DNA of 5,353 nucleotides from Escherichia coli (GTDB lineage Bacteria; Pseudomonadota; Gammaproteobacteria; Enterobacterales; Enterobacteriaceae): NCBI RefSeq assembly GCF_003334815.1, contig NZ_QOWO01000073.1; one strand, 5' to 3'. Shown piece by piece: positions 1 to 5,353 of this stretch (position 1 is its first letter; each line of letters starts with the position of its first letter). The notes under the pieces were generated by a model. It saw only the letters and a program-made list of their open reading frames with translations, ran no database searches and was not told where the DNA came from. The position numbers and the translations under genes were made by a program.

Positions 1-1
1 G

Positions 2-77
2 TGGTGGGTGATGACGGGATCGAACCGCCGACCCCCTCCTTGTAAGGGAGGTGCTCTCCCAGCTGAGCTAATCACCC
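2..77 (-). tRNA. valU: tRNA-Val (anticodon UAC), 76 nt including encoded CCA
   Basis: Reverse complement of 2..77 folds as a canonical cloverleaf: acceptor GGGTGAT/ATCACCC, D-arm GCTC...GAGC, anticodon stem CCTCC/GGAGG with loop CTTACAA (anticodon TAC), T-arm GGCGG-TTCGATC-CCGTC, discriminator A, CCA. Position divergent from gltX matches the first gene of the valU-valX-valY-lysV cluster (gene order recalled from memory). Confidence 0.9.
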
Positions 78-94
78 CCGCTGTGTGGAGTCGC

Positions 95-122
95 ATTATA
101 GGGAGAGTTCAAAATGAGTCAA
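95..122 (-). promoter_or_regulatory. Sigma70 promoter for the tRNA-Val operon (-35 TTGACT at 117..122, 16-bp spacer, -10 TATAAT at 95..100, read on the minus strand)
   Basis: Minus strand reads GCGTTGACT-CATTTTGAACTCTCCC-TATAAT-GCGACTCC, about 17 nt upstream of the mature tRNA 5' end. Near-consensus hexamers; the segment further upstream on that strand (123..200) is A/T-rich. No experimental data. Confidence 0.55.
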
Positions 123-242
123 CGCATTTTCTAAAGAAATTGTTCGTTCGTCGTAAATTTAAGCAAGATGATCGCAAAACAGACCGTGTTGCGCAATTTG
201 TCAACGAAAACAATAATGCGTAAGGTAGAAACCCGAACTACA

Positions 243-270
243 TTGAGGAATCAGGCGGGAGTGATAGAAT
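243..270 (+). promoter_or_regulatory. Candidate gltX promoter with extended -10 (TTGAGG at 243..248, 16-bp spacer, TG-n-TAGAAT at 262..270)
   Basis: Sequence motif only: TTGAGG, 16 nt, then gTGaTAGAAT, about 65 nt upstream of the gltX ATG. A weak Shine-Dalgarno (TAAGG, 324..328) precedes the ATG at 336. gltX is reported to have several promoters (recalled); I cannot assign which. Confidence 0.35.
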
Positions 271-335
271 ATCGCCCACTTAATTTTTCCAGGATTTGCC
301 GGTTGTCGGCATCTTTCTAAACGTAAGGCCATTTC

Positions 336-1751
336 ATGAAAATCAAAACTCGCTTCGCGCCAAGCCCAACAGGCTATCTGCACGTTGGCGGCGCGCGTAC
401 TGCTCTTTACTCCTGGCTTTTTGCACGTAACCACGGCGGTGAGTTCGTGCTGCGTATTGAAGACACCGATCTTGAGCGTTCCACGCCGGAAGCTATCGAA
501 GCCATTATGGATGGCATGAACTGGCTGAGCCTGGAGTGGGATGAAGGTCCGTACTACCAGACCAAACGTTTTGATCGCTACAACGCGGTGATCGATCAGA
601 TGCTGGAAGAGGGCACTGCTTATAAATGCTATTGCTCTAAAGAGCGCCTGGAAGCGCTGCGCGAAGAGCAAATGGCGAAAGGTGAGAAGCCGCGTTATGA
701 CGGTCGCTGCCGCCACAGCCATGAGCATCATGCTGATGATGAACCGTGTGTTGTACGTTTTGCTAACCCGCAGGAAGGTTCTGTTGTTTTTGACGATCAG
801 ATCCGTGGTCCGATCGAGTTCAGCAACCAGGAACTGGACGATCTTATTATCCGCCGTACCGATGGTTCCCCAACCTATAACTTCTGTGTGGTTGTCGATG
901 ACTGGGATATGGAAATCACCCACGTTATCCGTGGCGAAGACCATATCAACAACACGCCACGCCAGATCAACATTCTTAAGGCCCTGAAAGCGCCGGTGCC
1001 GGTTTACGCGCACGTTTCTATGATCAATGGCGATGACGGTAAAAAACTGTCCAAACGTCACGGGGCAGTCAGCGTAATGCAGTATCGTGATGACGGTTAT
1101 TTGCCAGAAGCACTGCTGAACTATCTGGTGCGTCTGGGCTGGTCCCACGGCGATCAGGAAATCTTCACTCGTGAAGAGATGATCAAATACTTCACTTTGA
1201 ATGCCGTCAGCAAATCTGCCAGTGCGTTCAACACCGACAAGCTGCTGTGGCTGAACCATCACTACATTAACGCGCTGCCGCCGGAGTATGTTGCTACTCA
1301 CTTACAGTGGCACATTGAGCAGGAAAATATCGATACCCGTAACGGCCCGCAGCTGGCTGATCTGGTGAAACTGCTGGGCGAACGCTGCAAGACGCTGAAA
1401 GAGATGGCACAGAGCTGCCGTTATTTCTACGAAGATTTTGCTGAGTTCGATGCCGACGCCGCGAAAAAACATCTGCGTCCGGTAGCGCGTCAGCCGCTGG
1501 AAGTGGTTCGTGACAAACTGGCCGCGATTACTGACTGGACCGCTGAAAACGTTCATCACGCTATTCAGGCGACGGCGGATGAGCTGGAAGTGGGTATGGG
1601 TAAAGTTGGTATGCCGCTGCGTGTCGCCGTAACCGGTGCGGGGCAGTCTCCAGCACTGGATGTTACCGTTCACGCAATTGGTAAGACCCGCAGTATCGAG
1701 CGTATCAACAAAGCGCTGGATTTTATTGCTGAACGCGAAAATCAGCAGTAA
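336..1751 (+). CDS. gltX: Glutamyl-tRNA synthetase (GluRS), class I aminoacyl-tRNA synthetase, 471 aa
   Basis: 471-aa ORF in the track. Class I HIGH-type motif (HVGGART) near the N-terminus and KMSKS-type motif (KLSKRH). Cys/His cluster CYC...CRH matches the zinc-binding site described for E. coli GluRS. ATG start with upstream AAGG; TAA stop at 1749..1751. Confidence 0.97.
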
Positions 1752-1768
1752 TTAGCGTGTAAAAAGAT

Positions 1769-1801
1769 AAACGGCAGGAGATAATATCCTGCCGTTTTTT
1801 A
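1769..1801. terminator. Bidirectional intrinsic terminator between convergent gltX and yfeD
   Basis: Stem 1772..1779 (CGGCAGGA) pairs with 1787..1794 (TCCTGCCG), 8 bp, loop GATAATA. Flanked by A5 upstream (1761..1765) and T6 downstream (1795..1800), so each strand sees hairpin plus U-tract. Sits 18 nt after the gltX stop and directly after the yfeD stop. Confidence 0.7.
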
Positions 1802-1802
1802 T

Positions 1803-2195
1803 TTATGCTGATTCGTCAATATCGAGACGGGCGAGGAAATTGCGAATTCCTTCACGTGACAAAAATTGCGCGACTTTTTCCTGCTCAATGTCTGTCATAT
1901 TATCTATCGCGTTGATGATTTGTCGATACGCCGGGGCGCGTGCTCCAGGAGCGTATTCAGCAATTCTCTCTTCAGCTTCCATCAACATTGGTGTGTTATG
2001 GAAGGCTGGCGTGTTCTGAATAAACTCGCAAACTTGCGTATCGACCAGAATAAGTCTGGCACGACCGCCTTTCACGCCGGGAAATTTTTCCGTTTTCCAG
2101 CCTTTTTCTCTGATCCAACGGTTAACAGTTTGTTTAGCCACACCGAGGCATTCAGCCAGTTCTTCGGTGGTCATTTTATTGCGTAATCTTTTCAT
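1803..2195 (-). CDS. yfeD: Small putative DNA-binding protein (DUF1323 / YfeC-YfeD family), 130 aa
   Basis: 130-aa minus-strand ORF. N-terminal segment (MTTEELAECLGVAKQTVNRWIREKGW...PGVKGGRARL) looks like a helix-turn-helix (HTH) and is about 50% identical to the same segment of the upstream ORF; C-terminal LSREGIRNFLARLDI also matches. ATG at 2193..2195 lies 1 nt after the upstream gene's TAA, with no obvious Shine-Dalgarno, so translational coupling is likely. Function unknown. Confidence 0.85.
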   Translation of the reverse strand: MKRLRNKMTTEELAECLGVAKQTVNRWIREKGWKTEKFPGVKGGRARLILVDTQVCEFIQNTPAFHNTPMLMEAEERIAEYAPGARAPAYRQIINAIDNMTDIEQEKVAQFLSREGIRNFLARLDIDESA

Positions 2196-2196
2196 A

Positions 2197-2541
2197 TTAT
2201 TTGCTATCGCGAATCCCTAAGCGTTGTAACAATCCGATAATCCCTTCCCGCAGAAGCAAGGATGTAAACTGTTTTTGTTCAACTGGCGTCATCTCTTTCG
2301 CCAGTGTCACCAGCAATACTTCAAGCGGCGCATCACCAGAAAGGGCAGGCGCTTCTCCCTGACCTTCTGGACGTTCAGCATTGCGAATATATTCACGAAC
2401 CTGTTCATTGACGTGAACCAGTCGGGCTTTGCCACCCTGGACGCCAGGTTTTGGTGACGTTGTCCAGCCTTCCTTGCGTACCCATTTATTAATGGTCTGG
2501 CGGCTATAGCCGGTCAGTCTGGCAAGTTCATCTGGTGTCAT
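2197..2541 (-). CDS. yfeC: Small putative DNA-binding protein (DUF1323 / YfeC-YfeD family), 114 aa from second ATG; ORF extends to 2556 (119 aa)
   Basis: Minus-strand ORF, paralogous to yfeD over its full length. The second in-frame ATG (2539..2541) is preceded by AAGGAG at good spacing, whereas the first ATG (2554..2556) has only a weak AGGGA; the 114-aa length also matches my recollection of YfeC. Function unknown. Confidence 0.8.
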   Translation of the reverse strand: MTPDELARLTGYSRQTINKWVRKEGWTTSPKPGVQGGKARLVHVNEQVREYIRNAERPEGQGEAPALSGDAPLEVLLVTLAKEMTPVEQKQFTSLLLREGIIGLLQRLGIRDSK

Positions 2542-2715
2542 CCTCTCCTTGAACATAACAATTCCCTGAATGTATGTGGGTCTATTAGTAGTTCATTTTA
2601 TAACACCACTTTACAGGAAACCGTGACATGAATAACTACTGAATGCGAGCGGTTTTCCAAAATTGTTCATTTGCCTGATTTTTCAGCGATTGAAACTACA
2701 CGTTGCAATTTGCCG

Positions 2716-2744
2716 TTGACACATTCGGGCGGAATTCATATGAT
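2716..2744 (+). promoter_or_regulatory. Sigma70 promoter for tRNA-Ala (-35 TTGACA at 2716..2721, 17-bp spacer, -10 TATGAT at 2739..2744, GC-rich discriminator GCCGCCC)
   Basis: Consensus -35, optimal spacer, 5/6 -10, then a GC-rich discriminator typical of stringently controlled stable-RNA promoters. Predicted start about 25 nt upstream of the mature tRNA 5' end at 2777. Confidence 0.6.
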
Positions 2745-2776
2745 GCCGCCCGTCAACTCGACAAGCTTTACGTGAC

Positions 2777-2852
<76 letters not shown>

Positions 2853-2861
2853 AATTTCCAA

Positions 2862-2887
2862 CCCTCGCTGCAAAGCGGGGGTTTTTT
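2862..2887 (+). terminator. Rho-independent terminator after tRNA-Ala
   Basis: 8-bp GC-rich stem (2862..2869 CCCTCGCT with 2874..2881 AGCGGGGG, one G-U pair), GCAA tetraloop (2870..2873), then T6 (2882..2887). Begins 10 nt after the tRNA CCA. Confidence 0.75.
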
Positions 2888-2990
2888 GTCTCTGCTTTTT
2901 GCCGCTTTTGTAATACAGTCTACGTCCGGGTTAGTGCCGCCTGGTGAAAGCATCATTGGATGAAAAATCGGCAACAGGCTGGCCCCCTGT

Positions 2991-3019
2991 TTGCTTCGCG
3001 ATGCGAATAAACTTATTAT
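2991..3019 (+). promoter_or_regulatory. Candidate pdeA promoter (-35 TTGCTT at 2991..2996, 17-bp spacer, -10 TATTAT at 3014..3019)
   Basis: Motif match only, about 42 nt upstream of the ATG at 3061. If real, it argues against the upstream in-frame starts at 2944 and 3001, which would lie upstream of or inside the promoter. Confidence 0.3.
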
Positions 3020-3060
3020 TTGTGTGCCTGAAAACCCCGATCAGTGAGAGTAGTGTACTC

Positions 3061-5250
3061 ATGTTTGTGGAGCATAACCTGATAAAAAATATCAAGATAT
3101 TCACACTAGCGTTTACGCTCACCGTGGTACTTATTCAGCTATCCCGTTTTATTTCGCCACTTGCCATTATCCATTCCAGTTATATCTTTCTGGCGTGGAT
3201 GCCACTGTGCGTAATGCTGTCAATCTTGTTTATCTTTGGCTGGCGCGGTGTCGTTCCCGTTTTATGCGGGATGTTTTGCACCAATCTGTGGAACTTTCAT
3301 CTCTCTTTTTTACAGACTGCGGTCATGCTCGGTAGCCAGACGTTTGTCGTGTTGTGTGCCTGCGCAATATTACGCTGGCAGCTGGGGACGCGTTGGCGTT
3401 ATGGATTGACCAGCCGATATGTCTGGCAACGTCTGTTCTGGCTTGGTTTGGTGACGCCGATCGGCATCAAATGCAGCATGTATCTTGTGGGGAGCTTCTT
3501 TGATTTCCCGCTAAAGATATCCACCTTTTTCGGCGATGCGGATGCCATTTTCACGGTCGTTGATTTGCTAAGCCTTTTCACCGCTGTGCTGATTTACAAC
3601 ATGCTTTTCTACTATCTCACTCGCATGATTGTAAGTCCCCACTTTGCGCAGATATTGTGGCGCAGGGATATCGCTCCGTCGTTGGGCAAAGAGAAACGCG
3701 CATTTACCTTAAGCTGGCTGGCAGCGTTAAGCGTGCTGCTACTTCTGTTGTGCACACCTTATGAAAACGACTTTATTGCCGGTTACCTGGTACCCGTTTT
3801 CTTCATCATCTTTACCCTCGGGGTCGGTAAGCTTCGCTATCCGTTTTTAAATCTCACCTGGGCTGTTTCAACGCTTTGCCTTCTGAATTACAACCAGAAC
3901 TTTTTGCAAGGGGTGGAAACCGAATATTCGCTGGCATTTATTCTTGCGGTGCTGATTTCCTTTAGCGTTTGCCTGCTCTATATGGTGCGCATTTATCATC
4001 GCAGTGAATGGCTTAATCGCCGCTGGCATTTGCAGGCGCTGACAGATCCGTTAACGCTCCTACCCAACTTTCGTGCGTTGGAACAAGCGCCGGAGCAAGA
4101 GGCGGGCAAGAGTTTTTGCTGCCTGCGCATTGATAATCTTGAGTTTATGAGTCGTCATTACGGCTTAATGATGCGCGTTCACTGTATCCGCTCAATTTGC
4201 CGTACGCTGCTGCCGTTGATGCAGGAAAACGAAAAGTTGTATCAATTGCCGGGTAGTGAACTGCTGTTAGTGCTGAGCGGGCCGGAAACGGAAGGGCGAC
4301 TCCAGCATATGGTTAACATCCTGAATAGTCGGCAAATTCACTGGAACAATACCGGGCTGGATATGGGCTATGGTGCTGCCTGGGGGCGTTTTGATGGAAA
4401 TCAGGAAACCCTGCAACCCTTGTTGGGGCAGTTAAGCTGGCTGGCGGAGCAATCCTGCGCACATCATCATGTGCTGGCGCTGGATAGCAGAGAGGAGATG
4501 GTTTCCGGGCAGACCACTAAACAGGTGCTATTGCTGAATACCATTCGCACGGCGTTAGATCAGGGTGATTTGCTGCTCTACGCCCAGCCAATTCGCAACA
4601 AAGAGGGTGAAGGTTATGATGAGATCCTCGCGCGACTGAAATATGACGGCGGCATTATGACCCCGGATAAGTTTCTGCCCCTTATTGCTCAGTTTAACCT
4701 TAGCGCGCGTTTTGATTTGCAAGTGCTGGAATCCTTGTTGAAGTGGCTGGCAACACACCCTTGCGACAAAAAAGGACCGCGCTTTTCAGTCAATTTAATG
4801 CCGCTCACGCTGCTGCAAAAGAATATTGCCGGGCGGATTATTCGTCTGTTTAAGCGTTATCACATCTCCCCGCAGGCGGTCATTCTTGAGATCACCGAGG
4901 AGCAGGCGTTTTCTAACGCAGAAAGCAGCATGTACAACATCGAGCAGCTGCATAAGTTTGGTTTCCGGATTGCGATTGATGACTTTGGCACCGGATATGC
5001 CAACTACGAACGGTTAAAGCGTTTGCAGGCTGATATCATCAAAATTGATGGCGTCTTTGTGAAAGATATTGTCACGAACACGCTGGATGCGATGATTGTG
5101 AGATCAATTACCGATCTGGCGAAAGCGAAGTCATTGAGTGTGGTCGCGGAGTTTGTCGAGACGCAACAGCAGCAGGCGCTATTGCATAAGCTCGGGGTGC
5201 AATATCTGCAAGGGTATTTGATTGGTCGCCCGCAGCCATTAGCTGATTAA
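3061..5250 (+). CDS. pdeA: c-di-GMP phosphodiesterase with MASE1 membrane domain, degenerate GGDEF domain and EAL domain, 729 aa (ORF open upstream to GTG 2944)
   Basis: N-terminal ~300 aa is hydrophobic with multiple predicted transmembrane segments (MASE1-like). Middle region begins with a GGDEF-domain-type TDPLTLLPNFRAL segment, but the GGDEF signature position reads PGSEL (4249..4263). C-terminal EAL domain carries EILAR (4621..4635), NLMP, EITEE, DDFGTGYA, KIDG, AEFVE and QGYLIGRP, i.e. the catalytic/metal-binding residues appear retained. Start taken at ATG 3061 to match the 729-aa length I recall for YfeA/PdeA; TAA stop at 5248..5250. Confidence 0.9.
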   Translation: MFVEHNLIKNIKIFTLAFTLTVVLIQLSRFISPLAIIHSSYIFLAWMPLCVMLSILFIFGWRGVVPVLCGMFCTNLWNFHLSFLQTAVMLGSQTFVVLCACAILRWQLGTRWRYGLTSRYVWQRLFWLGLVTPIGIKCSMYLVGSFFDFPLKISTFFGDADAIFTVVDLLSLFTAVLIYNMLFYYLTRMIVSPHFAQILWRRDIAPSLGKEKRAFTLSWLAALSVLLLLLCTPYENDFIAGYLVPVFFIIFTLGVGKLRYPFLNLTWAVSTLCLLNYNQNFLQGVETEYSLAFILAVLISFSVCLLYMVRIYHRSEWLNRRWHLQALTDPLTLLPNFRALEQAPEQEAGKSFCCLRIDNLEFMSRHYGLMMRVHCIRSICRTLLPLMQENEKLYQLPGSELLLVLSGPETEGRLQHMVNILNSRQIHWNNTGLDMGYGAAWGRFDGNQETLQPLLGQLSWLAEQSCAHHHVLALDSREEMVSGQTTKQVLLLNTIRTALDQGDLLLYAQPIRNKEGEGYDEILARLKYDGGIMTPDKFLPLIAQFNLSARFDLQVLESLLKWLATHPCDKKGPRFSVNLMPLTLLQKNIAGRIIRLFKRYHISPQAVILEITEEQAFSNAESSMYNIEQLHKFGFRIAIDDFGTGYANYERLKRLQADIIKIDGVFVKDIVTNTLDAMIVRSITDLAKAKSLSVVAEFVETQQQQALLHKLGVQYLQGYLIGRPQPLAD

Positions 5251-5278
5251 CAGGCGTAAAAAAACCGGGGAATTATCC

Positions 5279-5353
5279 CATAAGCGCTAACTTAAGGGTT
5301 GAACCATCTGAAGAATGCGACGCCTCGGTGCCTCGTTAAGACGATGCCTCGCG
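5279..5353. mobile_element. Probable terminal inverted repeat and first ~75 bp of an IS186-type (IS4 family) insertion sequence, truncated by the window end
   Basis: CATAAGCGCTAACTTAAGGGTTGAACC... starts right after a GC-rich stretch (CCGGGGAATTATCC), which fits the GC-rich target preference described for IS186. I also recall an IS186 copy next to yfeA/pdeA in E. coli K-12. The terminal sequence is recalled from memory, not verified; no transposase ORF is visible in the window. Confidence 0.4.

Noticed and set aside
8-223. 71-aa plus-strand ORF
   Set aside because: Overlaps the tRNA-Val gene and its promoter on the opposite strand; low-complexity translation with no ribosome-binding site.
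201-1301. 366-aa minus-strand ORF antisense to gltX
   Set aside because: Lies entirely opposite the well-supported gltX frame and has no recognisable domain or motif; long antisense open frames over a strongly conserved gene are a common artefact. No upstream promoter or Shine-Dalgarno evident.
682-1673. Shadow ORFs inside gltX (682..987 plus strand, 1302..1673 minus strand)
   Set aside because: Alternative-frame or antisense ORFs embedded in gltX; no independent support.
1866-2457. Plus-strand ORFs 1866..2186 and 2275..2457 antisense to yfeD and yfeC
   Set aside because: Antisense to two mutually homologous genes whose conservation supports the minus-strand frames; their translations show no motifs.
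2567-2646. Short direct repeat CTGAATG at 2567..2573 and 2640..2646 upstream of yfeC
   Set aside because: Seven-nucleotide repeat in an A/T-rich intergenic region; plausibly chance. Could be an operator half-site but there is not enough evidence to call it.
3399-5017. Small ORFs inside pdeA (3399..3581 minus, 4555..4758 minus, 4826..5017 plus)
   Set aside because: Embedded in or antisense to the pdeA frame, which is supported by conserved EAL and GGDEF domain motifs; no start signals.

Overview
This window reads as an Escherichia coli-type chromosomal core locus, and I recognise the genes from their translated sequences; nothing here looks like a novel multi-gene system. Order, left to right: tRNA-Val(UAC) on the minus strand (valU-like, 2..77); a divergent promoter region; gltX (glutamyl-tRNA synthetase, 336..1751, +) ending in a bidirectional terminator; two convergent, tandem paralogous small helix-turn-helix genes yfeD and yfeC (minus strand, 1803..2541/2556); a second divergent promoter region; one tRNA-Ala(GGC) (2777..2852, +) with its own terminator; pdeA/yfeA (3061..5250, +), a membrane c-di-GMP phosphodiesterase; and, in the last ~75 bp, what looks like the end of an IS186-type insertion sequence. 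The least-characterised part is the yfeC-yfeD pair, bracketed by tRNA genes. Points worth a second look are the single tRNA-Ala where I expect a tandem pair, the IS-like end abutting pdeA, and start-codon ambiguity for pdeA and yfeC. All calls are from reading the sequence and the supplied ORF track; no database search was run.
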